Of a stretch of 64,000 nt of DNA, positions 50,122 to 61,731 are shown piece after piece (within the stretch, counting starts at the first letter, position 1; each line of letters begins with the position of its first letter). This stretch comes from Amoebophrya sp. A120 (taxonomy: Eukaryota; Protista; Dinoflagellata). The position numbers and the translations under genes were made by a program. Where the stretch lies: contig CAJINV010000007.1 of NCBI GenBank assembly GCA_905178155.1, positions 154,663-218,662 of the forward strand. Direction: 5' to 3'. The notes below the pieces were generated by a model. It saw nothing but the letters and a program-made list of their open reading frames with translations, ran no database searches and was not told the origin of the DNA.

Positions 50122-50880
50122 TTACAAACTAAGTAACTGCGTTGCGTCGTCTGAAGCAGAAGCTAACAACGACGCCTTCCTGCTCTCCTTCTCAACCAGC
50201 AGCTGGGCATCGCGCAGCTTCTCGCCGATGCGGCGCAATTCCTCCTTTTCGCTCCCCCATTTGAGGGCAATAAAATCCTGAACCTTATCGCGCAACTCCG
50301 TCAGAAGCTTACTCACCGTATCCCGTTGCGCCCACGCGTCCTTCACCGAAGTGCTGACGCCTGTTCGTGTGTCCGTCGGTTTACCTTTGCGCAAAGAGCC
50401 GTCTTCGCGGAACAGAACATCTGCATGACTGCTGGTCGGCAACAGCACCTGGTGTGTCTTGTATTCGATTCGGGGCACCCAGTTCGGCGGGGCAGTAGAA
50501 GAAGTTCTCGTCCAACTAGTAGAACTACTAGTGCTTGTCGGCGGGGCACTAGAAGAAGTTCTTCGACTAGTAGAACTGCCAGTGCTTCTAGAAGAGGTTC
50601 TACTCCTGCTCCTGCTGCGACTTCTTCTTCTCCAATCTCCTCGTGTGGAGGATGAGGAGCCGGCGCCCGGCAGCGTGGTCGTGTCAACATTTTCCGTCTC
50701 TCCTCCATCCGAAGAAGGAAACTCCTCTTGGAATTCCTTGATTTCATCTACTGCCTCCTTCGAAACAAGCTCCAATGTGTCGACTTCATTTGCCACCGTC
50801 TGGAATTCCGTCTGTAATCGCTGTATCAAAACGAAAAGTTGTGTAGCCCCGCAATTACGCTCAGAAAGGCGACGAGGCAT
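50122..50880 (-). CDS. Hypothetical protein (coiled-coil segments, RS/S-T-rich linker); possibly the 3' exon of the 51097-52359 gene
   Basis: 252-aa ORF. The frame stays open upstream (KNKASLFRIAEEKYQ) to a TAG that could be an AG acceptor. Confidence 0.55.
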   Translation of the reverse strand: MPRRLSERNCGATQLFVLIQRLQTEFQTVANEVDTLELVSKEAVDEIKEFQEEFPSSDGGETENVDTTTLPGAGSSSSTRGDWRRRSRSRSRSRTSSRSTGSSTSRRTSSSAPPTSTSSSTSWTRTSSTAPPNWVPRIEYKTHQVLLPTSSHADVLFREDGSLRKGKPTDTRTGVSTSVKDAWAQRDTVSKLLTELRDKVQDFIALKWGSEKEELRRIGEKLRDAQLLVEKESRKASLLASASDDATQLLSL

Positions 50881-51096
50881 CTGATATTTTTCCTCTGCAA
50901 TACGAAATAAGCTCGCCTTGTTCTTCTAGTTGTACATGGAAATAGAAACTTTTGACGCGCATCGACGGACAAGGACGACGCATCGATCTTTTAATTTAGG
51001 AGAATGATCTTCTAGGCCAAAAATTATGCAGGAGATTTTCAGCCTCATCAACCCTTGAGAGACAGGACGTAGCACAAGATATACCATGCACCGCTA

Positions 51097-52359
51097 TCAA
51101 GCAGAAATTTGGAATAAAGCTGCTCTGGCGCTGGCCTGCAAGTTTGTCATGCAAAAATGCAAACAATTCTTTTCCACAGAAAACAACTCTATGGGCACGA
51201 CTGCAGGGGCGCAACTTTTCAGCAGGATATGCTCCAGCTCCGGTTCCAAGGCAGCCATGGCTTCGATTGCCTCCTCCAAGTCCACGAAACCGATTCTCTC
51301 AAGTTTGTCATGCGCGGCGCCCAAGTCGTGGCTCAAGGTTGTAGGCGTGACCTCATTCTCATGGGCGGCCATCAGCTGCGCGAGCGCACCACCGGCCTTC
51401 TTGCTGAGCCACTTCTTCACTGGCTTTCGCTCTACTAGAACCAGCCCCTTGAAGGAGGTCGTGTTATGGTCCTCATCGTGTTCGTCGTCCGTGTCCTCTG
51501 CGACCAAGTGTGCCCGAGCTTCCTGCAGTTTCTGCTTCACATAATTGCGGTGTGTTTCAATGTCGCTGAGCACACGCTGCAGGCTCTCCACCCGAGACCA
51601 CTCGGCCTCGACGCCGTCTAGAAGTGCTTGCTGCAGCAGCTCCTGGTCGGTTATGTCAGACGACGAGGACGTGGAGAACACGCGCTCGGCCCAAACGCGG
51701 TCGGCGCTGTCTTTCACAATTTCCTCCGCCGCCAGAACCGCCTTCCTCGCCAGTTTGGTACGAGCTTCTGCGCCGGCAAGATTGGCACGCAAATTCAACG
51801 ATGATTCATAGGCTGATAGTCCTTGTGATAACTCGCGTCGTGGTCCTGCTGGCGATGCAGCTGGCGCGATCTCTTTCACCACTTGTTCCACCACTGCTCC
51901 TTGATGTTCCTTTTCACCCGCCGCGACAGGAGCCGCTTCATCCACGAAAGCTCCAAGTCGACGAAACGGAGGAAGAAGCGTCTGCTTCCCCCGCAATCTG
52001 TATTTTTTCGGGCCTGCCGACTGGAGCACTCGCTTATTTTTGTTTTCTACAGGAAGCAGCTTCTGCTTCCCCCGCAATCTGTATTTCGGGCCTGCCGACT
52101 GACCACGCACTCGGTTATTTTTCAAGGAAGCAAGCGCTTGTTGCTCTCCCCCTTTTTTGCCCTGGTTCGGTCGTGTGGATCCGGGACTTCTAGTAGATAA
52201 AAAGAAGTCGCCGGAAGTTGTAGATACGGGCTGCTTCTTACTCAATCGTGGCGTTGCTCCTCCTTCATCTAGGTCAAACCTTCTCTTGCGCGGCGTGCCC
52301 CCTCCCTCGACGAGCGCAACAAGCAACGAGAACGCGATGCCTAACGAGGCCCTTCTCAT
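51097..52359 (-). CDS. Hypothetical protein with signal-peptide-like N-terminus and duplicated KYRLRGKQ motif
   Basis: 420-aa ORF; MRRASLGIAFSLLVALVEG; QSAGPK(K)YRLRGKQxLLP occurs twice; helical C-terminal half. 3' end uncertain. Confidence 0.65.
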   Translation of the reverse strand: MRRASLGIAFSLLVALVEGGGTPRKRRFDLDEGGATPRLSKKQPVSTTSGDFFLSTRSPGSTRPNQGKKGGEQQALASLKNNRVRGQSAGPKYRLRGKQKLLPVENKNKRVLQSAGPKKYRLRGKQTLLPPFRRLGAFVDEAAPVAAGEKEHQGAVVEQVVKEIAPAASPAGPRRELSQGLSAYESSLNLRANLAGAEARTKLARKAVLAAEEIVKDSADRVWAERVFSTSSSSDITDQELLQQALLDGVEAEWSRVESLQRVLSDIETHRNYVKQKLQEARAHLVAEDTDDEHDEDHNTTSFKGLVLVERKPVKKWLSKKAGGALAQLMAAHENEVTPTTLSHDLGAAHDKLERIGFVDLEEAIEAMAALEPELEHILLKSCAPAVVPIELFSVEKNCLHFCMTNLQASARAALFQISA

Positions 52360-53379
52360 GGTGCCAACTACTTTTTTGATTTCTCGATAATTATTAACTC
52401 AAGTACTTTATTGAAGATTTCAAAATTGCGGAATTACCGGTTTTCGTCCGCCGGTACAAGTAAAACCCGTCTTATCTAGAAGTAGTAAATACTTTGACAA
52501 TTTGGGGTAAACAATTCGATAGAAGATGTCACGGGGGATTGGTCTCACTGTGCACCTAGAAGTTGTACGCAAGGGCGGCGGGAAATCTTGGAAGGGGTAC
52601 CACCACCGCTGGGTAGAAAATTATAACAAAAGCAAAACAATAAAATCAAAATATAGACCTGGAACCAGCTACAAACATTTATATATGCGGAAGTATCTTG
52701 GCAATTCAGTTTGGTAGAGCTGGTCGTGCGTCAACTATAATGATGTACTACGAGCGATGAAAGGTTTCAATTGTTTCGCGGGTAGGGTAGGGGTAGTTTC
52801 TTTTTACTTTGGCTAGAGCGTCAAAACAACCAAAACTGTAGTTGTTGATGTTATTGAGGGTGATTTTGTTTTTGGTCATCTCTGGTCCTCCCAGACAGAG
52901 TGCTGCAAATTATGGCCTTGTTCATCATGATTTCGTATTTCGACTACCTTATCGTTTCTCACAGGGACACCTTGGAGATGGATCTGTCTGTATTTTTCGG
53001 AGAAAATCATGAAGATTTTGTCGTTCGAAGGAAACCGATAAGATTTCTGTGCTGCACTTCCTTGTAATTCAAATTTATTCACTTGATGGACCGAACAACT
53101 GCTCAAGATGCTTTTGCTGGATCTTCGTCTTCATGTGAATTTCATAATTTGGAATTGGATTTGGAATTGGACCGTCAGACTTTTACAGAAATTTCATGGA
53201 GCTACTTTTTCCCTGACGCGAAACTACTCTTATTTTCAACAACATTTTGAGGCCTCCATCTTCATTAGAACATCAACCTCGGGTCGGGCTGATTAGGCCT
53301 CCGCGAAGACAACTACTGCGACTCTAAGCCTTAGACTTTAAGCCTTAGACTGTCCCTGTTCGATCCCTTGGCTGAACTA

Positions 53380-56300
53380 CTAGTGAAAACAAGTCCGGTT
53401 TTGTTTCTCCCGGTATAGCAACTCGCCATCCGCGAGAAGCAAAAAAAAGGCCCCGGAGACCCGGAATGCAAAACCCAAGACCTCGACCACACCATCGCGG
53501 AAAAAATCCGCTAAGCAAAAAAAGCTGCTTTCGTTGGATAGCAACTTTGCTCCGGACCCCAGACCCTTCGCCGGTGGTAGAAATGGTGGCAACAGCTCCT
53601 GTTTTGCTTCTCCCGGTATAGCAACTCGCCATCCGCGAGGAGCAAAAAAAAGGCCCGGGGAACCCGGGATGCAAAACCCAAGACCTCGACCACACCATCG
53701 CGCAAAAAATCCGCCAAGCAAAAAAAGGTGCTTTCGTTGGATAGCAACTTTGCTCCGGACCCAAGAAGCAAAATTTGGGCTCCGGAGGGGCGCACGCGGC
53801 ATCCTGGGCAAACGAGCATACCCCCGTCGCTGCTATCTGCAGACCAAAAAAGCTTGCTTTTGTGACGTAGCAACTTTGCTCCAGCGCAAACAACCCCAAA
53901 CCCTATCCAAAGAGCAGCAACAGCTCCGGTTTTTGTTTTGTCACAAAAAATCCAAGGGCCGACGAGAAGCCAAATATGGGCTGCGGAGAGGCACAAGCGG
54001 CGCCCTGGGCAAACGAGCATACCCCCGTCGCTGCTATATGCAGACCGAAAAAAACTGCTTTGGTGCCGTAGCAGTTTTGCTCCAGCGCAAACAACCCCAA
54101 ACCCTATCCAAAGAGCAGCAACAGCTCCTGTTTTTGTATTGTCGCAAAAAATCCAAGTGCTGGCTAGAAGCAAAATTTGGGGTCCGGAGAGGCACCAGCG
54201 GCATGCTGGGCAAACGAGCATACCCTCGCTGCTGCTATCTGCAGACCAAAAAAGCTTGCTTTTGTGACGTAGCAACTTTGCTCCAGCGCAAACAACCCCA
54301 AACCCTATCCAAAGAGCAGCAACAGCTCCTGTTTTTGTTTTTTCACAAAAAATCCCAGGGCCGACGAGAAGCAAAATATGGGCTCCGGAGAGGCACCAGC
54401 GGCATCCTGGGCAAACGAGCATACCCTCGCTGCTGCTATCTGCAGACCAAAAAAGCTTGCTTTTGTGACGTAGCAACTTTGCTCCAGCGCAAACAACCCC
54501 AAACCCTATCCAAAGAGCAGCAACAGCTCCTGTTTTTGTTTTTTCACAAAAAATCCCAGGGCCGACGAGAAGCAAAATATGGGCTCCGAAGAGGCACCAG
54601 CGGCATCCTGGGCAAACGAGCATACCCTCGCTGCTGCTATCTGCAGACCAAAAAAGCTTGCTTTTGTGACGTAGCAGCTTTGCTCCACCGCAAACAACAG
54701 CAAACCCTATCCAAAGAGCAGCCACATCTCCTGTCTTTGTTTTGTCAGAAAAAATCCAAGTGCTGGCAAGAAGCAAAATTTGGGGTCCGGAGAGGCACCA
54801 GCGGCATCCTGGGCAAACGAGCATACCCTCGCTGCTGCTATCTGCAGACCAAAAAAGCTTGCTTTTGTGACGTAGCAACTTTGCTCCAGCGCAAACAACC
54901 CCAATAAACCCTATCCAAAGAGTAGCAACAGCTCCTGTTTTTGTTTTGTCGCAAAAAATTCAAGTGCTGGCAAGAAGCAAAATTTGGGCTCCGGAGAGGC
55001 ACACGCGGCACCCTGGGCAAACGAGCATACCCTCGCTGCTGCTATCTGGAGACCATAAAAACCTGCTTTGATGGCGTAGCAGTTTTGCTCCAGCGCAAAC
55101 AACCCCAAACCCTATCCAAAGAGCAGCAACAGCTCCTGTTTTTGTTTTGTCACAAAAAATCCAAGTGCTGGCAAGAAGCAAAATTTGGGCTCCGGAGAGG
55201 CACACGCGGCACCCTGGGCAAACGAGCATACCCTCGCTGCTGCTATCTGCAGACCAAAACAAGCCTGCTTTGGTGCCGTAGCAGTTTTGCTCCAGCGCAA
55301 ATAACCCCAAACCCTATCCAAAGAGCAGCAACAGCTCCTGTTTTTGTATTGTCGCAAAAAATCCAAGTGCTGGCAAGAAGCAAAATATGGGCTCCGGAGA
55401 GGCGCAAGCGGCACCCTGGGCAAACGAGCATACCCTCGCTGCTGCTATCTGGAGACCAAAAAAACCTGCTTTGATGGCGTAGCAGTTTTGCTCCAGCGCA
55501 AACAACCCCAAACCCTATCCAAAGAGCAGCAACAGCTCCTGTTTTTGTTTTTTCGCAAAAAATCCAAGGGCCGACGAGAAGCAAAATATGGGCTGCGGAG
55601 GTGCACAAGCGGCACCCTGGGCAAACGAGCATACCCTCGCTGCTGCTATCTGGAGACCAAAAAAGTTTGCTTTTGTGATGTTGCAACTTTGCTCCAACGC
55701 AAACAACCCCAAACCCTATCCAAAGAGCAGCAACAGCTCCTGTTTTTGTTTTGTCACAAAAAATCCAAGTGCTGGCAAGAAGCAAAATTTCGGCTCCGGA
55801 GGGGCACAAGCGGCACCCTGGGCAAACGAGCATACCCTCGCCGCTGCTATCTGGAGACCAAAAAATTCTGCTTTGGTGCCGTCGCAGTTTTGCTCCAGCG
55901 CACACAACCCCAAACACCTGTCGATCCAAAGAGCACCAACAGCTCCTGTTTCTGTTTTGTCACAAAAAATCCAAGTGCTGGCAAGAAGAAAAATATGGGC
56001 TGCGGAGGGGCACAAGCGGCACCCTGGGCAAACGAGCATAGCCTCGCTGCTGCTATCTGGAGACCAAAAAAACCTGCTTTGGTGCCGTAGCAGTTTTGCT
56101 CCAGCGCAAACAACCCCAAACCCTATCCAAAGAGCAGCAACAGCTCCTGTTTTTGTTTTGTCACAATGAATCCCAGCGCCGGGAAGAAGCAAAATATGGG
56201 CTGCGGAGGGGCACAAGCGGCAACCTGGGCAAACGAGCATACCCTCGCTGCTGCTATCTGCAGACCGAAAAAAGGCGCTCTCGTGATGTTGCAGCTTTGC

Positions 56301-57260
56301 TCCAGCGCAAACAACCCCAAACCCTATCCAAAGAGCAGCAGCAGCTCCTGTTTTTGTTTTTTCACAAAAAATCCCAGGGCAGACGAGAAGCAAAATATGG
56401 GCTCCGGGGAGGCACACGCCGCACCCTGGGCAAACGAGCATACCCTCGCTGCTGCTATCTGGAGACCAAAAAAGCCTGCTTTGGTGCCGTAGCAGTTTTG
56501 CTCCAGCGCAAACAACCCCAAACCCTATCCAAAGAGCAGCAACAGCTCCTGTTTTTGTTTTGTCACAAGAAATCCCACCGCCGGGAAGAAGCAAAATTTG
56601 GGCTCCGGAGAGGCACAAGCGGCACCCTGGGCAAACGAGCATACCCTCGCTGCTGCTATCTGGAGACCAAAAAAGCCTGCTTTGGTGCCGTAGCAGTTTT
56701 GCTCCAGCGCAAACAACCCCAAACCCTATCCAAAGAGCAGCAACAGCTCCTGTTTTTGTTTTGTCACAAGAAATCCCACCGCCGGGAAGAAGCAAAATTT
56801 GGGCTCCGGAGAGGCACAAGCGGCACCCTGGGCAAACGAGCATACCCTCGCTGCTGCTATCTGGAGACCAAAAAAAGGCGCTTTTGTGATGTTGCACCTT
56901 TGCTCCGGCGCAAACAACCCCAAACCCTATCCAAAGAGCAGCAACAGCTCCTGTTTTTGTGATGTCACAAGAAATCCAAGTGCTGGAAAGAAGCAAAATT
57001 TCGGCTCCGGAGAGGCACAAGCGGCACCCTGGGCAAACGAGCATACCCTCGCTGCTGCTATCTGGAGACCGAAAAAAGGCGCTTTTGTGGTGTTGCAGCT
57101 TTGCTATGCGGGAAAGCTGCTCCGAACTTTGTTGTCCTAATGGCGTCAGCTCGTGTTTTGCTTTTCTCGTCAGGGAATCCCGCCACACACGAAAGGCAAA
57201 AACTGCTATCCAGACACCGAAAAAAACTGCTTTTGTAATGTGGCAGTTTTGCTCTAGCGC
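53380..57260. repeat. Intergenic tandem array, 201-bp unit, ~18-19 copies with degenerate edges
   Basis: CCCTATCCAAAGAGCAGCAACAGCTCC and GGGCAAACGAGCATACCC recur; shadow ORFs repeat at 201-bp offsets (54305, 54506, 54707). Confidence 0.95.
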
Positions 57261-57740
57261 CGCCCGGCCCCAACCTTCATTCAAATAGCAGGCACAGTTC
57301 GTGTTGTATGCTATCCTCTCGCAAGATGAGACTCTAGCTTTCTTCGAACAAAAGGAACAAACGCGTAGTTCCGAAAATGAGACAATCCAAGATGCAAACG
57401 AGCACTGGCTCGTTGCTGCTACTTATCTGGGGGGCGAAGAAAGACGTGCTACTCCAGTTTCAAAAAAAGCTGTCGTGCCTGTGCGTTGTACAACATAGAC
57501 ATCATCTTGAGGGTTTTCAACCTTGCATTTGGTACTAACTATCCAGGATCAGTGGCTCTTACCACTACCACCACTAGCAATTGTCAGCATTACATCTTTT
57601 CTCTACTGACGGTGAGGAACGTCCTGGCTCGATCGCGTCAAACGGTAAAAAATCATATCATAAATATGCGTTTTTTGGTACCGAAACAACAGGCATAATC
57701 ATAAATTATTATGAAAATGAAACTTTCCTCCTCTTCAACC

Positions 57741-60700
57741 TCAAAACGTGTAGATCTGAAAAAATTTTGGTTTCACTACAATCTTACAGGGCGTGTAGCC
57801 GATATTTTCACCGTCAATGTTTAACCGAGCTGGCTTATCGTGAGGAAAAATCCCCCCTCCCCATATTGAAAAGGCATCCTTTTGAAAATTTGCGATGCTA
57901 ATTTGTGGCCACAAATCAGACCTGTCTTGCAAGAGAGCAAAGCCAGAGCTTCCGCCATTTTACGCAGGCGATTTGTGATGCTGCTGCGCCAACAGGGCAG
58001 ACGCCTGCCATGCTGAGCGGCCACCTCTAGCAAGCCCCTTCCAGGCTCTGTATCTGCCTGCAGTCCTATACTGCAAGACAAAGGTGATTTGTGTACACAA
58101 ATCCCGCAACACAGATTGTCACTTTGATATGGGGAGGGGGGATTTTTCCTTTCGATATGGCTCGCTGGACTCGAAAGACCAGTCCGTGACTTTTTCGTAC
58201 CCCACGCGCTTGTCGTTTACGTGCTATCCTGGATAAACACGCCCCCATCCCATTAGTTTAGTTGTCATGCAGAATTGCGATTACAGGAAAATTTGTAATG
58301 CGCAACTCCATGAGAGGCATTTCCAATCGCGTTTTGGGATTTGTAATGCTGGAAACAGGATAAGCAGATGGATTTGTGATGCGATTGCCCTTGCTAACAC
58401 GGCGACTACACTACGGACTGCAACTTGTCATGCGTGGCTCCTAAAACTTCTGGACTTGTCTTGCTAAGTTCCTAATCATTGACTAGGGCGGGGGGGCTGG
58501 GGCGTTTTTACATATGATACGTGTTGCCCGTTCTTTTTCACCTTGTTAAACAGCCCCAGTGTGGCACAGCAGCCGAGTTTTGGCCCTGTAATATGCACTG
58601 CAAAAGTACCTCGCAGTAGCTTGTTAGTTTAGGTTTACGGTTGTAAATATCGCATTACAATAAATTCTCTCAGCATCAAATATGGAGTTTGTCATGCTGA
58701 TTCATCCTGGGAAGCAGATTCGTCATGCATGTTTGCAATTACTACGGGTATCAGATACTTTTGCGAAGGGTACGTAACCGCATCCAGCAACCCATCGTCT
58801 ACTTCGGCATACGGGGCAGTGTTTAACCTGATAATTTCGTATTTGTTTCTTCACAGTTTTTTGTCATGCGTACTTGCATCACGATGAATCGAATGTCTTT
58901 ATCTAAGTATTTCCATAAGTACTTGTCTCCCACCACTTTCGTGTTCTGCACCAGCGCCAAGGTGATTCCCTTCTCAAATTTGATTTCTCCGGATTTCTTT
59001 TCCCCAGCATATACTGAGCAAAAACGTCTCCAACTTCTCACACGACTTGTCATGCACCATATTTGCATGCCATGCAAGATGGCCAGCTAATTGTGTCTCA
59101 TGCGTAGGCGTAGCCCCACCAGGAGGAGCATTTTCTGATGGTCTCGGGCGCCAGAGACCACTTTCTCATGCTCTAACAAGAAGAAGGCGCTGGATTTGTG
59201 ACGCGGCTGCACTAGCTCCAGCCGCGACAAGAATAGAAACCCAAACTTGTCATGCGCAACCGACAACACTTCTCAGTTTGTGTACGCAAAACTGACATCT
59301 ACTTAACTCTGGGGTGGGGACGTTTTTGCTTCTGATACAGCACTCGGATTTTTACTCTTGTCCTGGTACTTATCCAAGAAAAAAACTGTGTTAGTGTAAC
59401 TTTCCTTGGCGGACAGCATCACAAATTTGCTCTACATGACAGCGAAAACCTGTCATGCGTGGCTTGTAAGGGAAAACACACATGAAAAGAGGACGTCATG
59501 GTTGTCTGGCATGACAGGTGTAGCAGCTCTGTTGCATGTTCTGCATTACAGACTTACACTTACACAGTTTTTTTTCTTGCATAGTACTTGATCACTTGCG
59601 TCGGCCCCTTGCTCGTGTCGATGCGGCTATCAAATGCAAAAATGTCTGGGTCTGGAATGTTGCTGGGTTTGTCATGCATATTTTGCATGACCCAGGATGT
59701 CTGTAATGCATGAACTAGCATCACAGATTTTTAGAGGGTTTCCTGATGCCTATTCCGCAAATGCCCTCCCCGCGTAGCACAAACTAGACTCCTCTTGCTG
59801 GTCATGCGATACAGATTTTTTTAGAGTCCAAAGTTAGCATCACAAGCTCCAACCTTCCAGACCCAGACACTTTTGCATTTGATAGCGGCAGATTTCGAGC
59901 AAAATGCTCCAGTCGTATCGCAACGGGCCGCAGCACCGCCACCGCTCTGCTTTGATGTTCGCATCGACGCCTAACCCAAGACCGAGCATGTTGTGCATCA
60001 GCTTCACGTTAGTAGAAGGCTCTTGACTGCTCGTCGCGTCAGCTACCAAATGCAAACATCTCTGGGTCAGGAAGATTGCAAGACTTGTCATGCAGATTCG
60101 CCGTTACCCATGATGTTGCAGGACCTAGCATCACAGACTCTACTGTGAGATCTCTATCATGTTCACGCCTGTCCTGCATGAGAAACGCCGTCTCAATTTA
60201 CTCAATTGATGTAGTCGTAGTGGACAACCTTATTAGGTAATCATGCAACACAGATTTTTGCAGGAGCAGGATGCAGAAGCAGCATGACAAGTTAGCTACA
60301 CTCTTCCTCACGACATATTTGCAATGCATATCAGCTACGGATGGACCAGTCTGGTACGTGATCGCCCCTAAGTCGATCCACTTCGGCTCTCCTGCGTCTA
60401 GAGTTTGTGATGCAGAAGACTCCAAAAAGGCGTTGATTGCATTGCCTGCGTATCGGTAGTATCCTGTGCAAATATATCGCAGTCATGTTTTTCTGGAGCT
60501 AAGTCTGCATTATTTCTCATGCGGAGGAAATTTGTAACGCATTTATACGAGTACGATAGCGATACTTTTGCACTGCATAGGTAGGTGCGCTTCTTCGTCA
60601 GCTTATCCGTACTGTACCCGACGATTCCCAAATCCGTGGCCAGCGCGTTTCCCGTCCCCCCTGGGATCAAGCAGATTTTCTGTTTGATAGATTCCACGTT

Positions 60701-61731
60701 TGCAACCGAGTCGAGGTTCAGTCTCACCTTTTCCCGCGTCGCCAGCCCGTTCAAGCTATGCGTTGCAAAGATGTCTGGGTCTGGCCCTCTGCAACCTGTC
60801 ATGCTATTAAATCTGCATCATGCAAAAATTTGTGTTGCATGCCTACCAAATGCTGCCCACTTTTGATCCAGTTGAGAAGCAGTTTCTCACGCAGGGAGTT
60901 AGGCATGATAGTGATCTCGCGGAATCTGTCATGCTAGGTCCTCCATTGCAGATCATATGGGCGGTCATGGACAACCTGCATGACAAGTCTAGCAATGTTC
61001 TAGACCAAGACATACTTGCAGTTGATACAAACACTCGTTCAACGATCCGTCCCCGCCAATCACCACCAACACCGCCAGGTCCTCGCTCTGCAAAATCTCG
61101 TCCGGAATTTCACTCGCGCACATTTCGAACCCGTGGTTGGCTCGCTGGGTTTCGTAGGAGAGGATCTCGTACTTCTCGGTGTCGAGTTTCTCTAGGAGTT
61201 TCTTCTTCGTTATCAAATGTAAAAGTGTCTGGGTCTGGAAGGATGCAACTTGTGATGCTACCTCTGGACTCTACATCAAATCTGTATTGCATGAACAGCA
61301 AAAGAGGTGTATTTTGTGCTACGCGGAGAGGGCATTTCTCATGCGGTATGAGCATCAGAAAGCCCTCGCAAGATCTCTGATGCTAGGGCATGCATCACAG
61401 ACCTCATAGGTCATGCAAAATCTGCATGACAAACTCCTGCATTCTTCCAGACCCAGACATTTTTGCAATCCATATTCGTCTCATCGTGGAGCTTTTTTCC
61501 CTTCTTCTTCCCGCCGTACGGGTTGTAGATGATCACGATTTTTTTCATCTTGGACTTTGCTTCCTCCAGCGCGGGAGTTGTTGCAGAAGCTGCTGCTGGT
61601 GCGGCAGGAGTGGTGGTCCCTGCGGACGCTAGTTCTTGTACCAGCTGTGGCGGGGCGGCAGAAGCGGATGCGGCGGAGTCCTCTGGGTTCGCAACTTCCG
61701 GGGCCGGATCTGTACTAGTATCAGTGGACAT
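57741..61731 (-). CDS. Sphingosine/ceramide/diacylglycerol kinase family protein (DAGKc, YegS/BmrU-type); 10 introner introns plus 1 canonical intron
   Basis: Assembled exons give IIYNPYGG, VIGGDGSLNE, LIPGGTGNALA, APYAEVDDGLLD and LNIDGE motifs in the correct order; GT-AG intron 58828-58922 (GDK|LNTAP). Confidence 0.92.
57836..58157. mobile_element. Introner, family E
   Basis: DR TGGCT/TGGCT; homologous to 3838-4170. Confidence 0.9.
58225..58519. mobile_element. Introner, family H
   Basis: DR CGTGC/CGTGT; homologous to 24620-24917. Confidence 0.88.
58592..58772. mobile_element. Introner, diverged family B (right terminus GTA)
   Basis: DR TGTAA/CGTAA. Confidence 0.82.
58828..58922 (-). other. 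Canonical GT-AG intron (lipid kinase gene)
   Basis: AA|GTACTT...TTATCAG|G; restores GDK-LNTAPYA. Confidence 0.8.
59010..59337. mobile_element. Introner, family H
   Basis: DR CAGCA/CAGCA. Confidence 0.88.
59371..59583. mobile_element. Introner, family C
   Basis: DR GTACT/GTACT; homologous to 30340-30548. Confidence 0.9.
59628..59884. mobile_element. Introner, family A
   Basis: DR GCGGC/GCGGC; very similar to 29996-30260. Confidence 0.9.
60044..60330. mobile_element. Introner, diverged family A (left terminus TAC)
   Basis: DR TCAGC/TCAGC. Confidence 0.85.
60460..60579. mobile_element. Introner, short family B (120 bp)
   Basis: DR GGTAG/GGTAG. Confidence 0.85.
60757..61027. mobile_element. 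Introner, family A
   Basis: DR CAAGC/CAAAC; removal restores GGDGSLNEC|LNGL. Confidence 0.88.
61211..61474. mobile_element. Introner, family A
   Basis: DR TTCGT/TTCGT. Confidence 0.9.

Noticed and set aside
53511-57284. Long 67-aa-repeat ORFs on both strands
   Set aside because: Explained by the 201-bp (multiple of 3) period: several frames are open at once, indels break them, and composition is not protein-like.
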